Positions 25,163-38,059 of a DNA stretch of 64,000 bases are shown here, one piece after another. The notes beneath the pieces are model-generated. The model saw only the letters and a program-made list of their open reading frames with translations, was not told where the DNA came from and did not search any database. The stretch's first letter is position 1, and every line of letters starts with the position of its first letter. The DNA is from Mobula hypostoma (lineage: Eukaryota), in NCBI RefSeq assembly GCF_963921235.1, contig NC_086109.1, positions 23,438,001 to 23,502,000 on the forward strand, in the 5' to 3' direction. Position numbers and translations under genes: made by a program.

Positions 25163-25677
25163 AGGCTGATTTATACTCCTGTGTCAACCCAACGCCATAG
25201 GTACGGCGTAGCCGCGAACCCTACGCAGTGCCAACGTGGATCCCTACGCTGTAGCCTGACGCGCACCTCTCCCAAAATGTATCTGCGTGTCGTGGCAACG
25301 CAGACCACAACAGCTATGATTGGTCCGCTTGGTAGCATCGCATTTCCTCCTGCGGTGCAATAGCTTTCTATTGGGCGACAGAAGGGCAGGGAAGGAACTT
25401 TGGCTGCAATGCTTTCCATAAAGCTTTACAGACCTCTGAAATTATGGAGGACACATTTCGCTTTTACGAAAATAGACGCTCGCTTTAAACTTGTTTACCC
25501 CGAGAAAGACTACCATGACCATGAAGCCTTGCACGGGCAGGTGTGTGCGCATGCGTGACGTGCGCGAATTGCAGAGTGACGCAGACACACCAACGCACAA
25601 GTATAAATGCTCACAATGCGCGTAGGCCACTTGTGTAGATTACGGTGTCGATTTGACGCAGAAGTATAAATCAGCCT
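25163..25677. mobile_element. PIF/Harbinger-type MITE, 515 bp
   Basis: TIRs aggctgatttatactcctgtgtcaa / ttgacgcagaagtataaatcagcct (25 bp, 2 mismatches); TTA TSD at 25160-25162 and 25678-25680; CpG-rich. Confidence 0.88.
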
Positions 25678-25733
25678 TTAGTCTGGCCTCAGCTCTTTAG
25701 CCTGTTTGGCGTGGGTGACCCTACCAAGAGCCA

Positions 25734-25940
25734 GCCAGTGGTGTAGTGGTATCACCGCCAGACTTTGAGCAAGTGGTCCGGGTTTGAATTCAGCCGGCTC
25801 CTTGCATGCTTTTCATTTGTGCTGGGATGATTGTCGAGCTAGCAACTCAGCCTCATTTTTTTAAAAAAGACAAAATGCTAAGGAAATGGTAAAGTTGCCA
25901 CCCGATGTGCCACAAGGTGTGGAAAGAAATAACAACAGCT
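25734..25940 (+). mobile_element. tRNA-derived SINE with 13-bp TSD
   Basis: A-box-like tggtgtagtgg, B-box-like ggtttgaattc, aacaac tail; TSD ctaccaa(g/a)agcca at 25721-25733 and 25941-25953. Confidence 0.85.
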
Positions 25941-27649
25941 CTACCAAAAGCCAAAGCACAAGGCCCTGACCCAAGCCTCCAAACTTTATGACAAGGTTGT
26001 GGTGTTCTTGGAGGGTTTAAAGTAAAATATGAATTTATCTCTGAGTACTCATGCTGTACCTGGAATATAAGTTATGAAGAAATGGCTGATTTTCTGTTCT
26101 TCTGTACAGTGATGGAGAAAGGCAACAGGGATTTCAGTTGTGGGTGCTTCACAATTTGATTCTGCCCAAGCCCTGCTGAATAATGGTGTAAGAGATGGGG
26201 TAGGGTCTTGCATCCTTTCTTTCTCACCTTGCTACACTCTCTCTCATCTACCTTCTTCTGACAAACATGATGTCAATTGATAGAGATACAATTTAATATT
26301 AATATGATGGAGAAAATAATAACACTAAGCAAGCTACCAGAATATGATGGTATCATCTCTGTGCATTGCAAGCAGTAAATTGTAGATGTTGCAATCACAA
26401 TTTTCCAAAAGTCTTTAGATTCTAGACTCCTCCTGTCAGTCAGGCAAACTGCCATTACTTAAGAAGGAAAGGGGAAATTGGACATTATAGCTATGTGAGT
26501 CTGAAATCAATTCTGAGGAAATTACTTAAATCTGTTCTTAGAAACAGTGTAGGGTTTCTAACTGGTCAGAGAGCAAGCGTGGATTTGTAAAGAATAAGTC
26601 ATTTTGAATCAGCCTCCTTGAATTTTTTAAAGCAGTGACTGATAAAGTGGTGTTATGGAAGATAATGATATTGGCTCCTGGAAGACATTCAATAAGATTA
26701 CACATAAATGATTCCTCACTAAACAGAGGGTAGATTGAATTGGAATTAACCTTTTATCTTGAACAAGGAATTCTTTGTGAGGAGTCTATGTTAGAATCTC
26801 AGCGTTTGAACATATTTACTAACAAAGATGCCACATAATCCAAGCATGCTGATAATCTCAAATCTAGGTGACACATGTGAATAGGTTAGAAAAAGAGCAG
26901 AAATTTGTAGCAGGGTAGTTATGAATTGTGATATAAAATTATGATGGGTATTCATAGGGTAAATGCAGACAGGTCTTTCCTGCTGAGAAGAGAAAATCCG
27001 AACAACACACACAAAATACTGGAGGAACTCAGCAGGCCAGGCGGCATTAATGGAAAAGAGTACCGTCAACGTAAGAGACTGAAACGCTTCAGTGGGACTG
27101 AGTCCTTTCCGACTGAGGTTGGGTGGACTACAACCAGAGGTCATGGGCTAAGGGTGAAAGGTGAAAAGTTGATGGGGAACATGAGGGAAACTAATTCACT
27201 CCGAGAGTCCTGAGAGTGTGGAACCAGCTGCCAGCACAAGTGGTGCATGCGAACTTGATTCCAACGTAAGAGACAGGTACATGGATGGTAGGGGTATGGA
27301 GGGCTCTGGTCCCAGTGCAGGTTAATGGGAGTAGGTAGTTTAAATGGTTGGGCATAGACTAGATGCACTAGGGGCCTGTTTCTGTGCTGCACCTGTCTAT
27401 GACTCCACCATAGGGTGAGTGGGCACAACTGCAACTCAACGTGGACCATCACCCAATTTGATCAGATAAAGTTAAATCTGCGCATCTTTTCAATGGTGAG
27501 AGACAAGGAACAGAAGACGACCTGTGATACTGGGGGTCATGGGGACAGATAAAGCAATTAAAAAGAAGAATGGATTGATAGCTTCTGATACTGAGGGATG
27601 CGGAGTACAAAGGAAAGGTGGGTAAGTTGTAACAGAATGGAAATCTGAT

Positions 27650-28900
27650 TATTCATTCTTTCGCGCGCTGTGATGAGTTCGTACTGTGGCTGGCGTTTTC
27701 GGCTGCATGGATGGACTGGTTATGACAGCGGAGTTACAACAGAACGATGCCCAAGCTCAGACGGCTGAATTCTGACAGCAGTTTACAGAATCTAGTTTAT
27801 ATCTTGTCAGTTCGGTAGATAAAAGGCTTTCAATATGATTAAGGGTAGAACACATTTACGGAGGCACTGTAAAATTAAATTTAAATCGTTTACGGGCACG
27901 TTGAGCCACACTTCCTGATCAAAAGATAGTAAAACTGGAGTTCTCTCGCCACAAGATGTCGTTGAACGGGATGATTCAGAGCAGAGATCGATAGACTTTT
28001 GTGTTTGAGACGATTGGAACCATGATAAATTGAGGTACTGATCAGCCGTGATATAATAAATGAAATGGAAAAACGGTCTCGTTCAGACACGAAGTGTTCC
28101 GCCCAGTAACACTGTGGTATATTGCTGTTTTGTCACTGTGTAAGACTGAGGTACTGAGCTTGGACCGACCAAACGTTTCGTGTTTTGGAGACGAGTTTCC
28201 GAGTTTGTAACTGACTGCTGGTGTCTTCGAAATGGACAGGATGCAGAGACAGCGATGGCGGACCTGACAAATGATCTGTGGGAGCTGAATTTACTTTAAT
28301 CGATCCCTTTGTCCACCATCCTTCGTTCCCAGTCTTTGACCTTAACTCCCAAACCCACGCCTCCCACCTCCCTTCCTCCTGCCCTCCTCTCTCCCTCAGA
28401 GACTAGAGCTCTTGTAAACGATGCTATAAAACTTTTCTTTGGGAAATAAACAATAGAGGCTTCATTTTTTAACGGTCAAAACAATTATTTTTTATGTCCA
28501 ATCGATCCTTCAAATCAAAAAGTCTATTGCATATTTCCGCTATATTAAAAAAAATTCCTTTTAACTCTCTAAAATCGGTTCGGAAATAAACGAGACTCAT
28601 TCCCAATGCCTGTTAACTATTCGCCGACGGCGGGAAGGAGCAATAATATAAACCGTAAACTTCTTCATGATTTCCCATCTCAATCGGGAAGTGGTCGGGC
28701 TGCACCGACGGGATTCCGTGCGCGTATTGCACCCGTCCGCAGTTCAGGCTCTGCTGACTGTCACATGCACCGCGTAGCGTGTGGTTGTTGGCCTGTGGTT
28801 TAATAATATTCGCGATTTTGTTTTTGTAAAAAAACTGGGATTCCGATTTGGGCGGGGGATTAACATAATTTGAACAGCAGTCCTGCAGAAAGACACTTCT
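27650..28900. promoter_or_regulatory. CpG-enriched, TE-poor region; candidate TFEB alternative promoter or enhancer
   Basis: Visibly more CpG than the flanks and no recognised repeats; GC boxes ccgccc (~28099) and gggcgggg (~28850); ~6 kb upstream of the first coding exon. Confidence 0.4.
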
Positions 28901-29077
28901 GTCTCCCTGGTCTCCTGGTCTTTGTACTGCTCTCAACTCCAAGTGTCAAGGTGCAAAAAAGGCCCCTCTGGTCCACTGTGTCCTCATCTGCCACCAATCA
29001 TGAGGGGTAAATGCAAGCAAGATTTTTCACTGAGGTTGGGTGAGACTAGAACTAGAAGTCATAGTTTAAGGGTTAAA

Positions 29078-29480
29078 GTCATAGTCATACTTTATTGATC
29101 CTGGGGGAAATTGGTTTTCGTTACAGTTGTACCATAAATAATAAATAGTAATAAAACCATAAATAGTTAAATAGTAATGTGTAAATTATGCCAGGAAGTA
29201 AGTCCAGGACCAGCCTATTGGCTCAAGGTGTCTGACCCTCCAAGGGAGGAGTTGTAAAGTTTGATGGCCACAGGCAGGAATGACTTCCTATGACGCTCTG
29301 TGTTGCATCTCGGTGGAATGAGTCTCTGGCTGAATGTACTCCTGTGCTCAACCAGTACATTATGTAGTGGATGGGAGACATTGTCCAAGATGGCATGCAA
29401 CTTAGACAGCATCCTCTTTTCAGACACCACCGTCAGAGAGTCCAGTTCCATCCCTACAACATCACTGGCCTTACGAATGA
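29078..29480 (-). mobile_element. Young Rex1-type LINE, copy 2
   Basis: Nearly identical to 14660-15070; inserted antisense into a CR1 3' fragment. Confidence 0.9.
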
Positions 29481-30414
29481 AAGGTGAAAGGTTTAAGGGG
29501 AACATGAAGGGGAACTTCTATAGATGTGCAGTGGAGAGGATATTTACTGGGGGGCGTCACAGCCTGGCACGGAAACACCAATCCCCTTGAATGAAAAGGC
29601 ATACAAAAGTTAGTGGGTACTGCCCAGTCCATCACGCAGAAAGGCCTCCCCATCACTGAGCACATTTACATGAAACGTTGTCACAGAAAGTGGCATCCAT
29701 CATCGGGGCGCCCACTGCCCAGCTCATGTTCCCTTCTTGCTGCTGCCATCAGGAAGAGGTACAGGAGCTTCAGGACTCACACCACCAAGTTCAGGAATAA
29801 TTATTACCTCTCAACCCTCTTGAACCAAAGGGATAACTTCACTCAATGTCATCATTGAAATATACCTACAACCTGCAGTATGGACTCACTTTGAAGGATT
29901 CTTCATCGCATGTTCTTACTTATTTATCTTTATTATTTCTTTCTTTTTGTATTTGCACAGTTTTAGTATTTTGCATACTGGCTGAATGCTGACATTGGTG
30001 CAATTTTTCATTGTTTCTATTATTGTTATTATTCTATTATCAATTTTTTGAGTATTCCCACAAGAAAATGTATCTCAGACATTGATGCCGTATATGTACT
30101 TTGATAATAAAATTTACTTTGAACTTTTTCACTCGGAGGGTGGTGGGTGTGGATCCACCACCAGGTGCAGATCGACGGGACTAGGCAGGATAATACTTTG
30201 GCACGGACTAGATGGGCTGAAGGGCCTGTTTCTGTGCTGTGTGCTTTATGACTCTATTTACACCAGTCATATGCTAACCCAGTTTTAATCCCACCATTTT
30301 CCCATCAACTCATCCCAGATTCTACTGCTCACCCACATTCTTTGGGATGTGGGAAGAAACTAGAATCCACCCTGGGGAAATCCAGGCAGTCACAGGGAAA
30401 ACGTGCAATAACAC

Positions 30415-31570
30415 AAAGAAATAGGAGCAGCAGTTTACCCCACTCTTTCTCATGATCATGGCTGATCTATGCTGGCCTCAACTCCTGTGCCATTTCTCTG
30501 TAGCTCTATATCTCTTAACCAATTAAATATTTATCCAATTTACTTTAAATGCTTCTAACGATCCACCTGTCACCTATTGGTGTAGAGAATTCCACAAATT
30601 TGCCACCCTTTGTAAGAAGAAATTTCTATGTACTGTATCTCAGTTTTAAACCACTGGTCCCTTATGTCCCTGATGGTGAAAGCGTCTCCCACTGGTGAAG
30701 GCATCTGAAGGTCTACCCTGTCAAATATTTTAGGATATTATATGTTTGAATAAAGTCACTCCTTGTTCTTTTAAACTCCAAGGAATGCAGGCCAAAGCTA
30801 TTTCGTCTCTGTTAAAGGGAGAATCTTCTTATCCCTGTATTAACCAGATGTATCTCCCTTGTGCTTCCCCCAGTGTTACTATATCCTTGTTTAGGTAAGC
30901 AGACCAAAACTATATGCAGGTGAGGCTTCACCACCACCCTGTTCAACTCCAGCAAAGCCTCCCTATTCTTAAACTCCAGCCACTTTGCATTAAAGGCCGA
31001 ATATCATTCACGTTTTTAACTATTTGTTGGACTTGTCTGTGGACTTCTTTTGTGATTCATGCACCAGAACACCTACATCCCTCTGTACGTCACTCACCTG
31101 CCGTCTCTGTCCGTGTAAATCGTATCTGTCTGCTGTTCTTTCTTACCAAACTGCATGATCTTGCATTTCTCCCGGTTAAAGTCTATTTGCCCAACCTACT
31201 CATCCTATCTGTATTCTGTTGCAGAATCACAGCATTCATTTCACAACGTGCCCTTCCACCTACTTTTGTGTCATTGGAAAATCTGGAAACCTTGCAAACC
31301 GTTCCTTCCTCCAGGTTTGTAACAGAAATAGTGAGCAATTGTGGGCCAAGAACTGGTCCCTGTGGTACCCCACTGGTTACCTGTCTCTGGTCTGGAAAGG
31401 ATCCTTTTATTCTAACTCTGTTTTCTATGGGACAGCCATTCTAACACATTTCTTCCAGTACTGTGGGAATTTAATTTACATGCCAAACTCTTTGTTACAC
31501 CTTATCAAATGTTGTTTTTGGAAATCGAAGTGTATCACATCGTCAGGTTCCCCTGTATCAACTCTCCCCG
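30415..31570 (-). mobile_element. Old CR1 LINE fragment
   Basis: Reverse complement of the CR1 RT region (ggtccctgtggtaccccactggttac, i.e. VTSGVPQG) through the 3'UTR. Confidence 0.75.
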
Positions 31571-32223
31571 TTACATACTCAGTGCTTCAGTCCTGTTTCC
31601 CCACGGAGGCTTACTTTCTTGCTTTTGTTGGACGCACCCCACCCTGCCCACATGTTTGTCCTCCACAGAACCAAGTCCCAGACCTAGCTCCCATTACCTC
31701 CTGCTGCATGGGCAGTGGTAGATGCAGGTACTGCTCTTGAGCTGGGGTGTTCTCTGCTAGTAAGTGATCATATTTAAAAAGAAAAATAAACAGAATTAAA
31801 AGAAGGACTTCTATTTGCCTCCGCCTTGTTCCTCAAACTGTTTGTGTTCATGATGTGGAACTGGAGTGAGCCTATTATGCTGAAATCAAAGAGGAGGAGG
31901 TGGGACGTTAAGTGTTGTTTTCTTGCTGTGGAAAATCCTGCTAACTTCTCCCTCTCTTCCACTTCCTCATCCTCTCATTAACTTGCCTCTTTGACCAAAC
32001 CTTTGTCCACCTGTCTTGGTATCTAAGTGCACGGTGGTTAAATAATGTCTGCGACTCAAATGTTAAAGGCACAATGAAAAAGTAAGTTTACTTTTGAAAG
32101 TTCACTAGGATTTTGAAGGTACTGTATTTCAATAGCCGTGGTGTTTTGGAACTGGAGTCACAAATAAGCTGAGGTGGCAGATTTTCTGCAGTCAAGGGCT
32201 TGACAGATCCAGATTATATCGAT

Positions 32224-32972
32224 AAAATGGCAGCATGTTTGATCGCAGCAGCTTCTATGGGGAGTCAACAAAGATGCTACTGTCCTTTTGAAACATTTTT
32301 TACGATGGCAAGATCCTGCTAGACATTGAGAACTTGAAGTACTACAGGTCTACCCCCATCAGCAAGTTGCTAGTTGTCGGAGAAACTGAAGGAGCTGGAC
32401 GTGCAGCCGATCGTGCTGCTGCTTGTGTCAGAGAGGCTTCTGAGGAGACTGTGCAGTCTAATAGTGAGTGAGCATCTTAGACACTTTTCTTGTGATCGCA
32501 AGACCCTGTTGGATATTGTTCACACGGAATGCTGCAAGTCTGATTCACCGATTTATTGGCGGACAGTGGAGGAGCCGTGTGGCCTCAAGCCATGGTGTTA
32601 CCTGTTTAAAGCTGCCAGGAGGATGGAGCCAAAACTGATGTGCTTCGCCAGGGCGATGCGGCTTGGCGCCCAAGCAGGAGGCAGTGCTGCCCTCCAACCC
32701 TCCCGGGCATTCGCACAGTAGAAGACAGGCGGTATTGGAGTTGACTGCAGATTTCTGTGGCATTCGTGGACTCAGGATTGGGACTATTTTTTTTGCCATG
32801 GCTGTATTTTAGCGATATCTTACATGTGCTTGCTATTTTGTAGGTGCTATGTGTGCTCTGTGCTGTGTGTGACTGTTGGTACAGTGTTTTGTATCTTGAC
32901 ACAGAGTAACGCTGTCTCATTTGGTTGTATTCATGTATAGTTGAATGACAATTAAACTTGAATTGAATTGAT
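32224..32972 (+). mobile_element. Retroposon family A, copy 3
   Basis: Homologous to the 1490 and 18028 copies; tail gaatgacaattaaacttgaattgaattga. Confidence 0.7.
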
Positions 32973-33792
32973 TCAAGATAATCCAGCATTTTTATTGATA
33001 TTTTCACTAATCACTTATTTTATGAACTCTTCTGGTGGAACATGGAAAATATCGTTTTGGTAAACCCCTCTTCTGGGCTTCACTGAACAACCCAATATAT
33101 CTGCAGTATTTTAAACTATAAGGTATAGCAGCAGAATTAGGTCATTTCGGCTCATCAAGTCTGTTCTGTCATTCAAATTTGGCTAATTATTTCCTCAATC
33201 CCATTCTATTGTCTTCTCCTTGTAACCCTTAACCTATTTAACTAATCAGCAATTTATCAATCTCTGCCTTAAATACACTCGATGACTTGGCCTCCACAGC
33301 CACCTTATTCACCACTCTCTGACCGAGGAAGTTCCTCCTCACCAACATACGCAAGATGCTGGAGGAACTCAGTAGGTTAGGAGGGAAATAAACAGGTGAC
33401 CTGTTGGGTGGGTTGTAGGCTATTTTCCTTCATTTGATGCTGCCTGACTTGCTGAGCTCCTGCAGCATTTTGTATGTGTTGCTCAAGCCCACCAGTATCT
33501 TCAAAATCTCTTGTGCCCTAAATTCCTCCTCATCTCAGTTTGAAGGGGACATCCATTCTGAGGCCCATCTCTCCTACTAATTGAAATACCATCTCTAAAT
33601 CCACTCTGTCCAGGCCTTCCAGCATTTACAGCAGGGCCCTGAGGATGGAAATCAGGAGCATAAGCCCTGGCCTCCTCCTCCTCCCATGAGAATGCTGATC
33701 CCAGTCGTAGAGCAGGGTTTCAACCTGAAATATCGACAATTCCTTTCACCCATCCCACAGATGCTTTTCCTCCTCCTGATTGTTTTTTTTTC

Positions 33793-34386
33793 AGATTATG
33801 AAGACACGCAGTCCTCTTTTATTGTCATTTAGTAATGCATGCATAAGAAATGATACAATATTTCCTCCGGTGTGATATCACAAAACACAGGACAGGCCAA
33901 GACTGAAAAACTAACAAAACCACATAATTATGACATATAGTTACAACAGTGCAACAATACCATAACTTGATGAAGAACAGTCCATGAGCACAGTAAAGAG
34001 TTCAAATTCTCTCAAATGTCCGACATCTCACACCGACGGGAGAAGGAAGAAAAACTCTCCCTGCCATGCCCGACCACAGTCCGACTCTTGAGTCGTCCGA
34101 AAACTTCGAGCCTCTGATCAGCTCTCCGACACCGAGTACCGAGCGCCATCTCTATCCGAACGATTCGACCTCAATCTCGGTCTCCAACAGCAGGCAAAGC
34201 CGGGGATTTTGAGGCCTCCCCTCCGGAAGATTACGCCGATCACGCAGTAACAACAGCAGCGAACCTGCGTTTCAGAAATTTCTCCAGATGTTCCTCTGTG
34301 CTTTCACGTCTGTCTCCATCAAATCAGAGTTGTCCACGGCCCCTATTTAACGGATAGGACATCATTTTTCACCGGGGGGCTGCGCA
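33793..34386 (-). mobile_element. Young CpG-rich non-autonomous retroposon
   Basis: 3' part closely matches 22648-22860 (agattatga.gacac.cagtcctc.tttattgtcatttag.aatgcatgcat); CpG-rich 5' part. Confidence 0.65.
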
Positions 34387-34649
34387 CTGGAGGGTTGCTA
34401 ATCCCACATTTACCAGTGTTAATTTCTGAGCTAGCTTGTTTCCTAAACTGAGATCTGTTTTGGTTAATAGCACATGCACTCTCCTAATACTGCTTTCTGA
34501 CTGGGGCCCTGAGCTCAGCAGTATGGTTTGTAGTCGAGATGCTGTGATACTTTCTTGGATTGGTCACAATCAGATCGTGCTTGTTTTTGGATTTATTGTC
34601 TGTGGTTCACAATTGGTTAATCTTGTTAATCTTACGGGTCTGCCTCAAA

Positions 34650-34950
34650 GTGAAGGGGAAGGGCTAAGGTGGAAAGGGGAACGGAAGAGGAGGAAAAGGT
34701 GAAGATGAAGGAGGGGAAGGCAGGAATGAGAGGTGGAAAAAGAAGGAGGGATGAGGGAGTGAGGAAGGGAGGAGGGATGGGAGGTGAAGCCCAGAGAAGG
34801 ATAAAGGGTAGCAAAGGCTAAGAAGAGTGGAACGTAGGTGTGGGAGATGTGGGTTGAGAAGAGGGAGTGTGGTGGAGAGAGAGAAAAAGCTGAGGAGAGG
34901 GGACAGCAAAGACAGAGGGACAGAGAAGGAGAATAGAGAGAAGGAGGGGG
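34650..34950 (+). repeat. Purine-rich (GA) low-complexity tract
   Basis: Direct reading; lies immediately upstream of TFEB coding exon 1. Confidence 0.9.
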
Positions 34951-35053
34951 ATTTATTTTCTTGTACAAGCCCTTCTTGATGAGACACTTGTCTGATTGTT
35001 TTGCAGTGACATTGCTTTCATCAGCATTGTGAGACAGGAGTCGACCCGCCACG

Positions 35054-35254
35054 ATGTCGTCCCGCACCGGTCTGCGGATGATGTTAATGCGGGAGCAGCT
35101 GCAGAAGGAGGAGCAGCGGGAGAAGGAGCAGCAGCAACAGGCTGCGATGCATTTCACGCAACAGCGCATGGCGATCAACGCCACTCCTGCCATCAACGTC
35201 AGCAACTCCATCCAGTACCAGTCACGGCCACAGGTTCCCGTAGAGGTTTTAAAG
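35054..35254 (+). CDS. TFEB: TFEB, first coding exon (N-terminal Rag-binding/Gln-rich region), 67 codons
   Basis: Encodes MSSRTGLRMMLMREQLQKEEQREKEQQQQAAMHF...TPAINVS...PQVPVEVLK, matching human TFEB MASRIGLRMQLMREQ...TPAIN...VPGEVLK. Kozak gccacgATG. Donor AAG|gtacat at 35255. Candidate acceptors ttttgcag (35006) or gagacag (35037). Confidence 0.93.
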
Positions 35255-35364
35255 GTACATCTCCTTCTTCCTTTTTCTCTGGCATTCATCTTGATCTCTG
35301 AAGCACTGTGTGAGTGTGACCAGTGGACAAGTGAGGTACCAGTGTCTGACACTCTTGTAAAATC

Positions 35365-35590
35365 GCTCCCTCCCACATACATTACCTCTTACCCTTCGCT
35401 ATCTCTTCACTCTGTCCGCACTTTTCCTTCTTCCTCTCCTTCCCTGCTTCTCCCCCTCCTCTTCCCTCTCTCTCTACCATCCCTTGCCTTCTCCCTCTGT
35501 CCGGTTTCACTTCCTTCCCTGGAATTTTAGCCCTTCGTCTGATCCCTAACCCTTTTAATGGTCCACATTTCCCCCAGCCTCTTCCTCTTG
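35365..35590 (+). repeat. Pyrimidine-rich (CT) low-complexity tract
   Basis: Direct reading; lies immediately downstream of TFEB coding exon 1. Confidence 0.9.
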
Positions 35591-38059
35591 TGGAACTGAC
35601 TCTGGTCTTCTTCCAGACTGTCCATTTTTACCAATGAGTCTGAAATGGAAATGCATTAAGTTGGCATCTGATTAAGCAAACATTGGGATGACTGATGTTT
35701 ATGATGGAGGAGGGGGAAGGTGCTTTGACTGGAATTACATCAAAAGCCAAAAGTGTGTGATTTTTTTTTTCTCTCTATTTCAAACCTTGCATTAGTTCTC
35801 ACAGATGACGTTCCCTTATGAAATCTGTTGCTCCTCCTTATGTCTCCAATGCTATTTCAAAATTATTGCTTCAGTACTCCGTCACCACTGGTACAAAGGC
35901 AAACTTGTTAAAGGACACGTAGCAGAACTCTACACGGACGAGCAAGGCGTATTCATTTTAATTTGGGACCGTAGGGAAAGCACTGAGCTATGACTCGGGA
36001 AGAACTCCTTGCTTGTGTCCAGGTTGCTCCATGGGATTTGTTAATATCCAAGAGGATGGGCAGGAAGAGGTTTTGTCTTAACATAACGGTCAAAGTTCAA
36101 GGCAGAGTACAGGGTTAATGGCAGGATTCTTAGCAGTGTGGAAGAATTGAGGAATTTTGCGGTCCACATCCATAGATCTCTCAAAGTTGCCACACAAGTT
36201 AATAGGGTGATTAAGAAGGGGGATGGTGAGCTGGCCTTCATTAGTTTGGGGATTACGTTTAACAGGTAATGTTGCGGCTCTGTAAAACCCTAGAGAGACC
36301 AAACTTGGAACATTGTGTTCAGTTCTGCTTGCCTCATTATAGAAGGGAGTGGAAGCTTTAGAGAGGAGGAGGTTTATAAGATTGGCACAACATTGTGGGC
36401 CGAAGGGCCTGTGCTGTGTTGTAATACTCTATGTTCTTATGATAAATATAAAGAATAAGCCCTGGATCATCAAGGAATCTAACTCTACTAGTACTTAATC
36501 TATTGAGAATCAGAATCAGATTTATTATCACAGACATGTGTCATGAAATTTGTTGTTTTGTGGCAGTTGTATAGTGCAAGACATTGAAAAATATTCTTTG
36601 TTCCAATAAAATAAATGAATAAATTGTGTGAAAGCGATAGTGTTCATGAAACATTCAGAATTCTGATGGCAGAGGGGAAGAAGGTGTACCTAAAACGCTG
36701 AGTGTGGGTCTTCAGCAGAAAACTGTTTATAAAAGAATATTTTCAGCACGACACTTCCTTGCAGAGTTTGTCACCGTGAGCAATAGTAAATTTTTAATCC
36801 CAAGGAAGGGCTAAGGAAAGAAAGAATTTGTATCTGAGGTCATTGCTGACCAGATACAGGTACATTAATCAGTTCAGTGAACTATGGCCTCCTAAAGCGG
36901 TGAGAACATAGTGCAGACTGGCTGCACAGCAAGGGTTTTATATGCATCAGAAGTAATGTACTAAAGAACATTGCCCTTGGGATTTTCAGCATTCCCATTT
37001 GCTGCAGTCCATCAGCTGAAGAGTTGTAACTTTTGGTCCATTTTGTAATTTCAGTCAAAGCAATTAACTTGGTCTTCATTCTGAATAATCTTTTCCCTCC
37101 CCTCCTTTCTTTTTCTGAAGGAGATAATTTAAGCTATCATCTTGGGATGGGGAAGGGGTAAAGAGGAAACTGACAAAAAATGGCACAGGTAACTGGGACA
37201 TTTAGGGAGCTATTTTAACCAGATCTTCTTCAGGAACTGGGTGAGCTAATGGACACTTTAAAGCTGGTTATTTACTTGGCCCAAATTACCTGATAGTTTT
37301 CAAACTTTAATTAGTGACTGGATCCTCTGTTACATGACAATGTCATTTGAGCTTAACTGCAATTTTAACTTGGCAGCCTGTTTTTTCCCCGGCTGGTGAG
37401 AAAAGGGGACAGGAGCACCAGAAGCCTAAAAAAGCATCCAGTGAGTAGCTGTTGTGTGAGCAACAACATCTTGTTAAATCCACTCGCTGGATGTTTTTTT
37501 TTGTTATTGGCACCATTCTTTGTAAACTCCAGAGTCTGTCGTGTGTAAAGATCCCAGGAGATCAGCAGTTTCTGAGATACTCAAATCACCCTGGGCAGCA
37601 CCTAATTAATTAACTTGTTTATGTCGGCTTTTTTCTTAATGATGTGCCGGACGTGCTCCGGTGAGCTCTGGTTAGCACTGCACCACTAATAATCACTCTA
37701 TACTTTCTCATGCATAACACGGGTTAGAAACAGAATACAACTTTCTTTACCATGATCTATTTGACTTCATTATACCTTTTCTTTTCCTCTATTTATCTAC
37801 CTTATTATTCCTCTTTTGCCCCTTTTTTTGTACTTTAAAAAAAATTATGATAATTTTATGCCCTTGAGCTGTCCTGCTGCAGCAAAGCAACAAACTTCAT
37901 GCCCTGTGAGTCAATGATAATAAATCTAATTCTGATTCCTAGATACAGCTTGGGGTGGATATAGCATAAAGCTCCTTCTCACTGCCCCACAAATCACTTC
38001 CAGTCCAGGGGCACTACTGGAGGCGGTGGGCTCCGTCTCACTTTATGTTCTGAATGAAC

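Larger units (their letters stand above)
24985..26013 (-). mobile_element. RTE-derived retroposon carrying two nested insertions
   Basis: Colinear with 10204-10652 once 25163-25677 and 25734-25940 are removed. Confidence 0.7.

Noticed and set aside
25734..25800. tRNA gene (also at 46245, 48403, 55435)
   Set aside because: SINE heads with TSDs or tails and no complete cloverleaf.
27622..27627. Perfect GTAAGT donor as the end of a TFEB 5' exon
   Set aside because: Lies in a degraded CR1-like remnant with no other exon support.
27667..27779. C/D box snoRNA-like GTGATGA...CTGA with gctg/cagc flanks
   Set aside because: The terminal stem overlaps box C so the K-turn geometry is wrong; no clear C'/D' boxes or guide sequence.
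34645..35382. 245-aa antisense ORF (and shifted-frame ORF 34996-35301) over TFEB exon 1
   Set aside because: Low-complexity product of the GA-rich tract and CAG/GAG codons; no recognisable domain.
35255..35530. Continuation of the 158-aa ORF past VEVLK
   Set aside because: Read-through into the intron after the conserved GT donor; Leu/Ser/Pro low complexity.
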